From assembly GCA_043815105.1 (NCBI GenBank), contig JBDRJI010000030.1:1-31140 (forward strand): a stretch of DNA of 31,140 nucleotides, read 5' to 3'. The position numbers were made by a program, and so were the translations under genes. This document shows, piece by piece, positions 16,204-25,332 of the stretch (positions are counted from its first letter, which is position 1; each line of letters starts with the position of its first letter). The stretch is from an archaeon (GTDB lineage Archaea; Nanobdellota; Nanobdellia; Pacearchaeales; GW2011-AR1). The notes beneath the pieces were generated by a model. That model was not told the origin of the DNA. It worked only from the letters and a program-made list of their open reading frames with translations, and searched no databases.

Positions 16204-16782
16204 TTAATTATTAAATACATGAACATAATCTTCGATGACTTTCCACACATTTCCGGAAACCATTTTTCTGATATCTTTCCCATCTTTGTATGCCTTTCTT
16301 ATTTGGGTTCCCGAAATATCTATATGTCCTTGTAAATCTAAAATATTTACGTGCTCGGACAATCTACTTCTTACTTCTGGTTTTAATGGCATCCCTTTTC
16401 TGTTTACAATTAGGATGTTTGGAAATGAAAGATAATAATTTTTGTAAGAATCTTTTATCTCTTTACCCCTTGAAGAAATATTTAGCGAAAGAAAATTTAA
16501 AAAATCCGAGCCCGCTATAAACAAAGAATATTTAGCAGGATTTAAATCTACATATTTTCCCGTTCCAATTATCCTAATTTGATTTTCCCAGTTATTATAT
16601 TTGATAACACTTTCTACGGATTTTGCCCTAATGTGACGAGGTAGCCTGTTTTTTCTTTTTTTGGCTCCAATATAAACATCGGTTGAATCAGAGTAATCTC
16701 GAGATGTTTTTAAGAGAAATTCATGTCCTTCGTGGAACGGATCAAACCCTCCAATAATTAAACTTTTCTCGAATTTTTTCAT
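16204..16782 (-). CDS. HxGH nucleotidyltransferase (cytidyltransferase-like/NadD-like)
   Basis: GGFDPFHEGH, AGSD and ISGTQIR. Substrate cannot be determined from sequence. Confidence 0.8.
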   Translation of the reverse strand: MKKFEKSLIIGGFDPFHEGHEFLLKTSRDYSDSTDVYIGAKKRKNRLPRHIRAKSVESVIKYNNWENQIRIIGTGKYVDLNPAKYSLFIAGSDFLNFLSLNISSRGKEIKDSYKNYYLSFPNILIVNRKGMPLKPEVRSRLSEHVNILDLQGHIDISGTQIRKAYKDGKDIRKMVSGNVWKVIEDYVHVFNN

Positions 16783-16906
16783 TTATTTAAAAAGCAAGAG
16801 AAATATCTGATAAAATGGAATCCTGCCTGACGTATATAATTTAACGAGAAATTCCGTTGACGAGTAGATTAAGGATGAATATTTTTTCATTTTGTATAAT
16901 TAGTAA

Positions 16907-17689
16907 CTAGTTCATCCAAGCTATCTCGAACATATAAGCCAAGGAGCTTGTAAAAAATGGCGAGTTAATCCAAACACCGTAATCGAAATCTTCGTGGACA
17001 TTCGTGGGTTTGATTGTAAAAATTAATTCCTTTCTATCCGAGATTACAAATCGCGCGTTGATTGGTTTCGACTTAACTTCTACCCCAAGTTTTTTAGAAA
17101 GTTTCTGCGCTTCCTCGTCGCCGTCACTAATCATTATTTTAATATCTACTTTTCTCTTCTGCAATTTATCAAAAGTCTCTTTGAATATCTTTAACTTTGA
17201 GGAAAGCTCGTATGCAGATGACGCCAGATGAATCGTTTTTTCCGCACTTTCCATAATCGCCCGCATTTGAACATAAAGATTACTTCGTCCCTTAATAGAT
17301 GTCGAAAGTTCGTGATTCTTAATCGGTTCAACTCCTGTTTTATGAAGCTGTTCAAGCTCTCTGTATTCAACCGTGTCTTTCAAGTTTGAAAGCGTCTTAA
17401 TTTTTTCCTCTGCATATTGCGTTGTGTTATTTTTCAATTTCTCGATAACAGTTTTAGGTTTTATCGCGATATATTTTACCGGCTTACCCAATTTCTGAAT
17501 TACAAATCCTCGCTTTTCCAAAGATTCTAAAACATCATAAGTTCTTGAACGTGGCACACCAGAAAGTTCCGCGACCTCGCCAGCCGAAGAAATACCCTTT
17601 GACAGCAACGCTACCCAGACCTTCGTCTCATAAATATTAAGGTCGAAACATCCTTTCAATCTTTTTATTAATTCGGATTTAGCTATCAT
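16907..17689 (-). CDS. TrmB family transcriptional regulator
   Basis: LNIYETKVWVALL, SGVPRSRTYDVLESLEKRGF, C-terminal PLD-like domain. Confidence 0.92.
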   Translation of the reverse strand: MIAKSELIKRLKGCFDLNIYETKVWVALLSKGISSAGEVAELSGVPRSRTYDVLESLEKRGFVIQKLGKPVKYIAIKPKTVIEKLKNNTTQYAEEKIKTLSNLKDTVEYRELEQLHKTGVEPIKNHELSTSIKGRSNLYVQMRAIMESAEKTIHLASSAYELSSKLKIFKETFDKLQKRKVDIKIMISDGDEEAQKLSKKLGVEVKSKPINARFVISDRKELIFTIKPTNVHEDFDYGVWINSPFFTSSLAYMFEIAWMN

Positions 17690-17793
17690 ATTACTACTAC
17701 ATCATAACTACCCTTTATAAATCTTTCTGTATGTTGTCTTTTCTTAGGGGTTACATTGGAAAGTTTTAAATAGTTGGGTTTGTTATATTCTTT

Positions 17794-18276
17794 ATGAAAT
17801 CAGAATATATACTTGTATTTTTATTGGGCTTTTTCAGCTGTGCATTTTTATTTTATGGCTTTAGTTATTCAAATATTGAGGTCCCATTTGGAACAGGACT
17901 AATCAGCTTAAACAGCGAAGCAATTGCTCCTTTTGACCGGGTTTCTGAAAAAGATATTATTATCTTTGATGATATGATTATCTTGAGAGTTTCAAACACA
18001 ACGCTATCTAACTATGCAGACACAGGAAGCATGAAGCCTGTTTTTGATAAAGGGGCAAATGGAATCCGCGTTGTACCCGACGGCGAGGACGATGTAAACA
18101 TCGGAGATATTGTCAGTTACAGATTCGGAGATATTCTAGTTGTCCATCGTGTTATCGAGAAGGGAGTTGATGGCGAAGGAGTTTATTTTATAATGCAGGG
18201 AGATAATAATATTTTGAGTGATGGGAAAATTCGATTTGAGGATATTGAATATGTTACGATTGGTGTAATTTGGTAG
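17794..18276 (+). CDS. Signal peptidase I (S26, archaeal Ser/His type)
   Basis: N-terminal TM, TGSMKP, GDIV, VVHRV, QGDNN. Confidence 0.88.
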   Translation: MKSEYILVFLLGFFSCAFLFYGFSYSNIEVPFGTGLISLNSEAIAPFDRVSEKDIIIFDDMIILRVSNTTLSNYADTGSMKPVFDKGANGIRVVPDGEDDVNIGDIVSYRFGDILVVHRVIEKGVDGEGVYFIMQGDNNILSDGKIRFEDIEYVTIGVIW

Positions 18277-18280
18277 ACTC

Positions 18281-19267
18281 CTAGAACATAACTATTCTCC
18301 AAATCAACATCCCTAAGAAAATTCCGGTTGTTATATATGGCATTGCCGGATAAGCCTTCCCCTTTTCGGAAAATAAAAATATTGATGTAAGGCCAATCAG
18401 CGCTCCACCGATTATAAAGAGTGCAGGGATTAATCCATTTATTCCAAACAAAATCTGATTCGGATAAGCCCACATAAACACACCTGCCGTGATTATCGGA
18501 AAAATGACGTCGCCACCCCCGAGGATTGCAAGATTAACTTTGAACTTTTTATTTTTAATTTTCATCGGCATTTTTTTATTCTTGTATTTTTGTTTTATTC
18601 TGGCAATTTGACCTTTGACTTTTTTGGAAATAGATGGGACTAAAAAACCACCGAATATTTTTAATTCACTCATCTGGAACTTTGCCATTTTTTGCATAAT
18701 GCCAGACTGCCAAACCGCCCACATATCATAGATTGATATTAAAATTAAGAGTCCGATGATTGAAATCGGGGTCAGGATTGGAACAAATACTGCCGCGATA
18801 CCTGGATAAATAAATAATTCTGTTAAATTGTGAATGTAGGGGTTTGGTTTGAATATTTTAAAGAAAGAAAGCGGAACTGCAATTATAAGTGCAATAATTG
18901 AAATGTTCGTCAGAGTTGTATATTTTAAGAAAGCGTTAATTGCGATTCCAAGAGACAGTGTTATCACGAAAAAAAACCAGAGTCGAATTACCATTTTCCA
19001 TTTGTATTTCATTAGAATAAAAATAAGGGCGAAAGCAAGGGCGAAAGCAAAAACAATTGAAAGGAAACTCGGGGTTGGCTCATCTTCTGGAACCTGAAGT
19101 CCGAATGGCAAACTACCCTCGGTTAAAACAATTTCGGATTCCCCCGTCTCGGGATTTATAACCGTCTGAGAAGTCGGAGCATAAGCGTTAATAACAAAAA
19201 CTCCGATAAGTTGCGCGACTATAAACATACCCAGCAAAATCAGCGTTATAGAAATTTTATGTTTCAC
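18281..19267 (-). CDS. Presenilin-family intramembrane aspartyl protease (A22)
   Basis: Multiple TM helices, IYDMWAV, LGGGD, YPAMP. Confidence 0.92.
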   Translation of the reverse strand: MKHKISITLILLGMFIVAQLIGVFVINAYAPTSQTVINPETGESEIVLTEGSLPFGLQVPEDEPTPSFLSIVFAFALAFALIFILMKYKWKMVIRLWFFFVITLSLGIAINAFLKYTTLTNISIIALIIAVPLSFFKIFKPNPYIHNLTELFIYPGIAAVFVPILTPISIIGLLILISIYDMWAVWQSGIMQKMAKFQMSELKIFGGFLVPSISKKVKGQIARIKQKYKNKKMPMKIKNKKFKVNLAILGGGDVIFPIITAGVFMWAYPNQILFGINGLIPALFIIGGALIGLTSIFLFSEKGKAYPAMPYITTGIFLGMLIWRIVMF

Positions 19268-19352
19268 TTTTACCTCTCAATTAATCAGGCAAGCGGCGTT
19301 TTTAAGGGTTGGGATTGGGTTATATTTACTATAAATATTTTTTAATATCATC

Positions 19353-21242
19353 TTACCTCAACCTAATCGTCTCTAAATTTTTCGGCACGGTAGTTTCAAC
19401 CCGCTGAGATTTGTAAATGCTCGAAGCCAAATCTAAACATTTGGATTGTTCGCCGTGATTGATGATAATTTTTTTCGGTTTTGGGTTTATATTATTCACG
19501 AATGCCATTAACTCGTTTCTGGATGAATGTCCCGAAAATCCGTCGATACTTATAAATTTCAATTTGATTGGAACGACCTCATCCCTCCCGTTTACATTAA
19601 ACTTTACTTCTTTCAATCCCTCTTTAAGCTGTCGACCAAGTCCTCCCGGTGGCTGGTAACAGGATAAGCAAAGTCCGTTATTCGGACTGTCCGCAAACTC
19701 TCTCAAATATTCAACGGACGCGCCACCGACAAGCATTCCAGATGTCGCCAAAATTATACACGGTCCGCCCTCAATAACATTCTTTCGTTCGTGAGGAGAA
19801 CCAACCTGACTAAATACTTCTGACACAAACGGATTTTTGTCTGCAAAAATACTCGCCCGAAGCGAGTTCGATAAAAAGTCAGGATACGCGGTATGTACCG
19901 CATTAATGTCCCAAATCATTCCGTCTATATAAATCGGAACCTTCGGAATTTTCCCGTTTTGCATTGCGTCATCTAATAAAAGCATTTTCTCTTGAGCGTG
20001 ACCGGTTCCCAATTCAGGGAGCAAAACCTTCCCACCATTTGATACGACATCATTTACAAACTTAAGCAATTCTTCCTCAGACTCTTTTCTCGGAGGATAA
20101 TTATTATCCCTGCCACCATATGTCGCTTCAAGTTGCAAAGTCTCTAGTCTTGGAAAATAGGATGTTGCAGATTCCAGCGAACGTGACCTGCCAAATTTAA
20201 TATCGCCCGAGTAAACATAATTATGCAGTCCATTTCCGATATTAAAATGTATCATTGCCGAGCCAAGCGTATGACCAGCATTGTAAAGCGTGATTCGAAT
20301 GTCGGGCGTGATATCGGTTACTTCTTGATAGTTCAGTGTGATTGAATGTTTTACCATATTCCGAACATCGGACGATTTAAACAGAGGCGCCGCTGCCTGC
20401 TTGTAAGCTACACCAATAAAATCAAGTGCCATTAACGCGGAGATATCCCGTGTCGGAGCTGTCATGTAAACTGGACCCTTATATCCCATTTTATACAAAT
20501 AAGGAATCAGTCCCGAGTGATCAAGATGTGCGTGCGACAAAATTACCGCGTCAAGTGTCGATAAGTCTAATTCCGGAGCTTCAAGGTATGGATATTTATC
20601 TTTGCCATTTGAAGATACGTCCACGCCACAATCAATTAACACTTTAGAAATCGGAGTTTGCAAAAGAAAACAACTTCGTCCAACTTGTCGTCCACCTCCG
20701 AGTGCCGTGATTCTAATCCATTCTTCTATTTTATCAGGATTCCATCCCTTGTAGATTTTTTCACCGATGCCATTTAAGAATTTTTTCCGATAAGAATTAT
20801 CCTGATAAAGCACATCCCGTATTTTGTCTGTAATCTTAGACTGAATTGCGGCCGAACGCTGAACCTGCGGAGTCCACAAAGTTTCGGCTTTGACATCTTG
20901 TAAAAGTGAGCCACCCTTTCCTATTGCCAGCCCCGGTCTTTTTGCCTCAATAATTACTATGCTTCGTTGCGGGTCGAAAATTATTTGTGTTAATTCGGCT
21001 TCTTTTGGAATTATGTTTCGGATTTTCTTCTCGGTCTCTTCTTGCGGTAATAGCATCGACTTATCTGCCCGTAGTTCAACTCGTTTTTTGATTACATTTA
21101 CAACTTCCTTGATTTGAGCATCCCCATTTTTGAAAAACGCCACGTCTGTAGTATAAACTACAATGTTAGCTCCTTCAAATATCGTCGAACCAATCACGCC
21201 TCGCGGTAGTTGATCCTCTATTGTTTTTAAAATATCTGCCAT
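19353..21242 (-). CDS. fttA: Beta-CASP ribonuclease aCPSF1 (FttA, transcription termination factor)
   Basis: N-terminal KH domains, SHAHLDH, AGHTLGS, YSGD, FSGHS, NHGE. Confidence 0.96.
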   Translation of the reverse strand: MADILKTIEDQLPRGVIGSTIFEGANIVVYTTDVAFFKNGDAQIKEVVNVIKKRVELRADKSMLLPQEETEKKIRNIIPKEAELTQIIFDPQRSIVIIEAKRPGLAIGKGGSLLQDVKAETLWTPQVQRSAAIQSKITDKIRDVLYQDNSYRKKFLNGIGEKIYKGWNPDKIEEWIRITALGGGRQVGRSCFLLQTPISKVLIDCGVDVSSNGKDKYPYLEAPELDLSTLDAVILSHAHLDHSGLIPYLYKMGYKGPVYMTAPTRDISALMALDFIGVAYKQAAAPLFKSSDVRNMVKHSITLNYQEVTDITPDIRITLYNAGHTLGSAMIHFNIGNGLHNYVYSGDIKFGRSRSLESATSYFPRLETLQLEATYGGRDNNYPPRKESEEELLKFVNDVVSNGGKVLLPELGTGHAQEKMLLLDDAMQNGKIPKVPIYIDGMIWDINAVHTAYPDFLSNSLRASIFADKNPFVSEVFSQVGSPHERKNVIEGGPCIILATSGMLVGGASVEYLREFADSPNNGLCLSCYQPPGGLGRQLKEGLKEVKFNVNGRDEVVPIKLKFISIDGFSGHSSRNELMAFVNNINPKPKKIIINHGEQSKCLDLASSIYKSQRVETTVPKNLETIRLR

Positions 21243-21248
21243 TTTAGA

Positions 21249-21911
21249 TTAATTATGCTCTTTGTAAACTGCTTCGCTCTTTTGTTTCGAAACTTGTTTT
21301 ATCCCGTCTTTTGTAATTGTAAAAACATCTATGCCACATCCCGACGCAGTATCCCTTTCCGAAGAAGATTTTATAGATTCAATAGCTAATTCAATTCCTT
21401 CTTCTACTGACATATCTTTTCTGTATTGTCTTTCTAGAAGCCCCCAAATGTACTGCATTCCACTTCCAGATGCGTCGTATTCTTTTACTTCTGCAATTGC
21501 TCCATCGGGTGTTACATTATAAAAAGTAGTTTTTCCGTTTTCATCAAATCCCGCAATTAAATTTCCTACAATTGAAGGAATCATTGTTGGTCTCCGAATA
21601 TTTTGAAATTTCATAGTTGCTATAAAATTTGCCGATTCTTTTACCGTCGGCCTCTGTTTGTCCCGAAGCTCTTTAATTTTGAGCTGTGCCGCTATTAATT
21701 TAAAATTCACTTGTGCATCTGAGACCGTTCCCGCCATAGACATAATTAAATAATTATTGATTTGATTTGTCTTTTGAAATCCCTTATCCGCCACAAGCTG
21801 TCCTCCCATTGTTACCTTCCTGTCCGAAGCCATAACTACACCGTCTTTACACACTATTCCAACCAGGCTCGTACCTGTCGACAAAATATTTTTTTTCAAA
21901 TCCGTATCCAT
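21249..21911 (-). CDS. psmB: Proteasome subunit beta
   Basis: TG-TSLVGIVCKDGVVMASDRK, MAGTVSDAQ, SGSG, RDTASG. Confidence 0.95.
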   Translation of the reverse strand: MDTDLKKNILSTGTSLVGIVCKDGVVMASDRKVTMGGQLVADKGFQKTNQINNYLIMSMAGTVSDAQVNFKLIAAQLKIKELRDKQRPTVKESANFIATMKFQNIRRPTMIPSIVGNLIAGFDENGKTTFYNVTPDGAIAEVKEYDASGSGMQYIWGLLERQYRKDMSVEEGIELAIESIKSSSERDTASGCGIDVFTITKDGIKQVSKQKSEAVYKEHN

Positions 21912-22085
21912 TTTAGAATTGTAGAGTAATCTCTAGAATTTATATTAACTCCTATTTTATTTTATTTATAAGGTTTTCGGTAGACAGCTTAAATGTACAG
22001 GTTGACGAAATTATATATATTTTGGCAAATAAGGGTTTTTTAGTATAGAATTTCTTGCGGAAGATTTTATAAAGGAAGTTTTTGT

Positions 22086-22496
22086 ATGAGATTTATGAAT
22101 TACGAAGCCTTGTTGGATGAAGCGTACAAGAATGTTAAAGCAACTATTGAGTGTGGACGATTTGAGATTTTGAAGGTTAAGGGGCATCACGAGGGAACAC
22201 GGACCATAATTTCGAATTTTATGCAAGTCGCTATGTGCGTTAGACGAACACCAGAACATTTGTTGAAATTTTTAACTAAAGAGTTGGCAAGTTCGGGAGA
22301 AATTAAGGGAGATAGGTTGATTTTATCACGAAAATTATCTAGCAAAGATATCAACGAAAAAATCGAAAGATATGTGAACCGGTTTGTGTTATGTCCAAAG
22401 TGTAAGAAACCAGATAGTGAGTTAAATGAAGAAGGAGGCAAGGTATTTTTGAGATGTCTTGCTTGCGGAGAAAAACGAGAGGTTCAAAAAATTTAA
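22086..22496 (+). CDS. eif2b: Translation initiation factor aIF-2 beta
   Basis: YEALLDEAY, RFEI, FLTKELASSG, CPKCKKPD..CLACG zinc ribbon. Confidence 0.93.
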   Translation: MRFMNYEALLDEAYKNVKATIECGRFEILKVKGHHEGTRTIISNFMQVAMCVRRTPEHLLKFLTKELASSGEIKGDRLILSRKLSSKDINEKIERYVNRFVLCPKCKKPDSELNEEGGKVFLRCLACGEKREVQKI

Positions 22497-22527
22497 TTCA
22501 AGAAATTAAATAAAATAGGAGGTAAAA

Positions 22528-22722
22528 ATGACAATTGAAGGAAGATGTATGAAATGCAAAGAACAGAAGGCTATGAAAGACGCCGAGATGACAATGACTT
22601 CTCGTGGTGGCTATATGGCTAAAGGGAAGTGCTCTGTATGCGGATGTGGTATGTGCAGAATTATGTCAAAGGACAACGCCGAAAAGGCAGTATCTGATGG
22701 TGAAGCTAAAAAAGCCTATTAA
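22528..22722 (+). CDS. DUF5679-like small zinc-ribbon protein
   Basis: SD GGAGGT; GRCMKCK...AKGKCSVCG..MCRI. Confidence 0.85.
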   Translation: MTIEGRCMKCKEQKAMKDAEMTMTSRGGYMAKGKCSVCGCGMCRIMSKDNAEKAVSDGEAKKAY

Positions 22723-22737
22723 TTTTTGTTTTAACAA

Positions 22738-22782
22738 TTCCCCCTTAGGGAACGGGGAATTTAATTTTTTTTAATTTTTTTT
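22738..22782 (+). terminator. Hairpin plus T-tract terminator
   Basis: TTCCCC/GGGGAA stem followed by long T runs, just after the DUF5679 stop. Confidence 0.55.
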
Positions 22783-22818
22783 AATATCGTAACATAGAAA
22801 TATAATTTAAAGATAATT

Positions 22819-22905
22819 AAAAAAAGTGGAAGGAAAACGACCGAAGCCGTTAACCAACCTAAATGTTTAACCGAAGTCAAACAAGTATTCAACCGAAGTT
22901 GAATA
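22819..22905 (-). ncRNA. Candidate small RNA with three cUUCGg hairpins
   Basis: Minus strand: TATTCAAC-TTCG-GTTGAATA, TGTTTGAC-TTCG-GTTAAACA, AACGGC-TTCG-GTCGTT, then T7. TTTAAATA lies at 22933-22926. Confidence 0.55.
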
Positions 22906-22981
22906 ATATACAATAGACAGTTGAGTATTTAAACACTCCTGTATCCCGATTGTTTTATAAAGTCGCTGATTATATTTTTAT

Positions 22982-23287
22982 ATGGGCAAAATTTTATTGA
23001 AAATTCATAAGTCGTATCGATGGGTAGTCGCTGTTTGCGACAAGGATGTTTTCGGGCGAAAACTCGTTGATGGGAAAAGAGTCTTAGATTTGAGTGGGGA
23101 ATTTTTTAACGGTGAGGAAATGAGCGATGAGGAAATCGCGTCGGAAATCGTAAGGTGTAACCGCGAAGACGCGACTTTTAATTTTGCCGGAGAAAATTCG
23201 GTTAGAGTTGCAAAAGCGTTGGGAATTATTAAAGACGAATGCATTGTTAATATTGACGGAGTTCCGTTTGCATTAGTATTATTATAA
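22982..23287 (+). CDS. DUF424 family protein
   Basis: VVAVCDKDVFG, LDLSGEFF, ATFNFAGENSV, IDGVPFA. Confidence 0.9.
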   Translation: MGKILLKIHKSYRWVVAVCDKDVFGRKLVDGKRVLDLSGEFFNGEEMSDEEIASEIVRCNREDATFNFAGENSVRVAKALGIIKDECIVNIDGVPFALVLL

Positions 23288-23329
23288 TTTTCTGGGTAGT
23301 TTTATAAAGTGATTTCTTTTTATTTGTTA

Positions 23330-23686
23330 ATGGCGTTTAGCAAATTTAAAGACAAGTCAAAGAAGAATAAGGAGAAGGTTTTTGTTCCGGGACAGGAAGG
23401 ACCGGTACGAGTAAAGCTTCCGTACGGACGTGAAATTATTGGAATCATTACGCAGAGATGTGGCGCGAGCCGGATGATGGTTTCGTGCATGGATGGTAAA
23501 ACAAGAAATTGTCGAGTGCCGGGAAGAAAGAGGCGGGGATTATGGTTAAGAGAGGGAGACGCGGTTATTATTGAGCCGTGGGAATTCGACGACGACAAGG
23601 GAGATGTTCTATTCAAATACACAATTAATCAGGTTACGAAACTTAAGCAGATGGGAAGGTTGACTACCGATGAAAATGAGTTTTAG
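23330..23686 (+). CDS. eif1a: Translation initiation factor aIF-1A
   Basis: RVKLP, CMDGKTRNCRVPGR, WLREGDAVIIEPW, KGDVLFKYT. Start taken at MAFSK. Confidence 0.95.
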   Translation: MAFSKFKDKSKKNKEKVFVPGQEGPVRVKLPYGREIIGIITQRCGASRMMVSCMDGKTRNCRVPGRKRRGLWLREGDAVIIEPWEFDDDKGDVLFKYTINQVTKLKQMGRLTTDENEF

Positions 23687-24015
23687 ATTTTTAGGTTTAC
23701 GTATTGAGCTTCTCGAAAACGTGTTCTTCCTTCGGGGGTATACAAGGAGTGGCTTCCGCATTTATCTATCATTATAGCATTTGCAATTAGAGGTGCTTTT
23801 GCCTTTTCGGGTAACGTATACTCTGTGTATAAACTTCCCGTGAGTTCTCCTCTTGCTTCTACGGAAAATTTAGTTCCCAGTAGTTCGAAATCTTTTTCAT
23901 AAATTGGACGTCCATTTTTGTCCGTAATACGAGGAAAATAATGCCCACATTCTTCTTTAAGGATTACCGTTAGATTTATTTTTTCCTTGTCTGAGTTGAT
24001 TATTCTTACTTCCAT
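23683..24015 (-). CDS. Hypothetical protein
   Basis: 110-aa ATG ORF convergent with eif1a; no recognisable motif. Confidence 0.6.
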   Translation of the reverse strand: MEVRIINSDKEKINLTVILKEECGHYFPRITDKNGRPIYEKDFELLGTKFSVEARGELTGSLYTEYTLPEKAKAPLIANAIMIDKCGSHSLYTPEGRTRFREAQYVNLKI

Positions 24016-24115
24016 ATAAGTAAATGGATTTAGAGTTTTTAAGGATTATTGTAATTTGTCCTGTGTTTTAAATATAATCCCACAATCTTATAAACTAAAT
24101 TTTATTCAATATAAT

Positions 24116-24640
24116 ATGAAAAATGTACTAGTTGCCAATATGAGAAAGGTCAAGAAGGCTGTGCCTGCAATTGAAAATAAAGTTAAGGTCAAGATTGGTT
24201 TTGGAAAAGGAAGCGTCAGTATCAAAGGTACGGAGCTGAACGAGTATTTAGTTGAGCAAGTTATCCGAGCCGTTGATTTCGGATTTTATGTTGATGATGC
24301 GCTGTTATTGATTAACGAGGATTTTGTTTTGGAATTTATCGAAGTTAAAGAGCACACAAGGCGAAAGAATTTGAGAGATGTCCGGGCGCGATTAATTGGA
24401 ACGGGTGGAAAAGCGCGAAAGACGATTGAAAATTTGACTGGGTCAGAAATTGTTATTCACGGAAACACCGTCGGCGTAATTGTTGATTCGAAGCATTTGG
24501 ATGCGGTTGTGCAAGCAATTGAGTCGCTGATTCAGGGAGCAAAACACGGGAATGTTTTTGCATATTTAGAGAAGCAGAATATCTCGAGACGAAAATTTGA
24601 TGAAGATGATTTGGGCTTGAAGAAAGGGGTCGAAGAATGA
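24116..24640 (+). CDS. KH-domain rRNA-processing protein Dim2/Pno1
   Basis: RAVDFGF, RARLIGTGGKARKTIENLTG, LIQGAKHGNVFAYL. Start taken at ATG 24116. Confidence 0.9.
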   Translation: MKNVLVANMRKVKKAVPAIENKVKVKIGFGKGSVSIKGTELNEYLVEQVIRAVDFGFYVDDALLLINEDFVLEFIEVKEHTRRKNLRDVRARLIGTGGKARKTIENLTGSEIVIHGNTVGVIVDSKHLDAVVQAIESLIQGAKHGNVFAYLEKQNISRRKFDEDDLGLKKGVEE

Positions 24641-25230
24641 AGGTGATTGTTTTTGATTTTGATGGAGTAATTCATAATACGTTTGAATTAGCATATCAGT
24701 TAAATGTCCAAATTCTAGGTAGCCATTTAACAAGAGAGGAATATCGAGATTTTTTTGATGGGAATATCTATGATAGAGCAGAAATTACAAAAGATGCCTC
24801 TAAAGAGTTTTTTGAATTACAGAATGAGGCATTTAGATTTCTGAAAATTGAAGAAAAGATAAAGGAGAGTTTGATAAAGTTAGCTGAGAAATATTTATTA
24901 TTTATTATTTCATCTAATCAAAAGAAGGCTCTTGATATTTATTTTCAAAATAATAATTTTACTAATATTTTTAAGGAGATCCTTGGTTTGGAGGCACATA
25001 AATCAAAGGTTGAAAAATTTAAATTTTTGTTTAATGAGTATGGTTTTGGTCCGAATGATTGTGTTTTTGTTACAGATACCCTAGGAGATATACTTGAGGG
25101 TAATAAGGTTGGCGTGAAATCAATTGCTGTAGATTTTGGATTTCATGGAAGAGAGAGGCTTGAGAAGGGAGAGCCATTCAGAATAGTTTCTAATTTTGAT
25201 AAGATTTTGGAAGTTATTGAAGAGATGTAG
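24637..25230 (+). CDS. HAD-superfamily hydrolase
   Basis: VFDFDGVI, ISSN, SKVEK, VTDTLGDI. Confidence 0.9.
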   Translation: MKVIVFDFDGVIHNTFELAYQLNVQILGSHLTREEYRDFFDGNIYDRAEITKDASKEFFELQNEAFRFLKIEEKIKESLIKLAEKYLLFIISSNQKKALDIYFQNNNFTNIFKEILGLEAHKSKVEKFKFLFNEYGFGPNDCVFVTDTLGDILEGNKVGVKSIAVDFGFHGRERLEKGEPFRIVSNFDKILEVIEEM

Positions 25231-25266
25231 GGAATTTATTTTGGAAGGTATAGTTGAATAAATAGT

Positions 25267-25274
25267 TTTATAAA
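25267..25274 (+). promoter_or_regulatory. TATA box of tRNA-Asn
   Basis: TTTATAAA, last base 24 nt before G1 (25298). Confidence 0.65.
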
Positions 25275-25332
25275 TGATTTTTTTTATAGCTTATTATGCT
25301 TCGGTAGCTCAGCAGGTAGAGCGCACGGCTGT

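Noticed and set aside
21249-21911. TG-TS instead of the usual G-TT at the proteasome beta cleavage site
   Set aside because: The catalytic Thr1 and the downstream Asp/Lys residues are present; Ser at position 2 is a minor variant.
22840-22898. ACCGAAG x3 as a mini-CRISPR or operator array
   Set aside because: The repeat is only 7 nt with unequal spacing and no cas genes. It is better explained as the loops of three UUCG hairpins on the minus strand.
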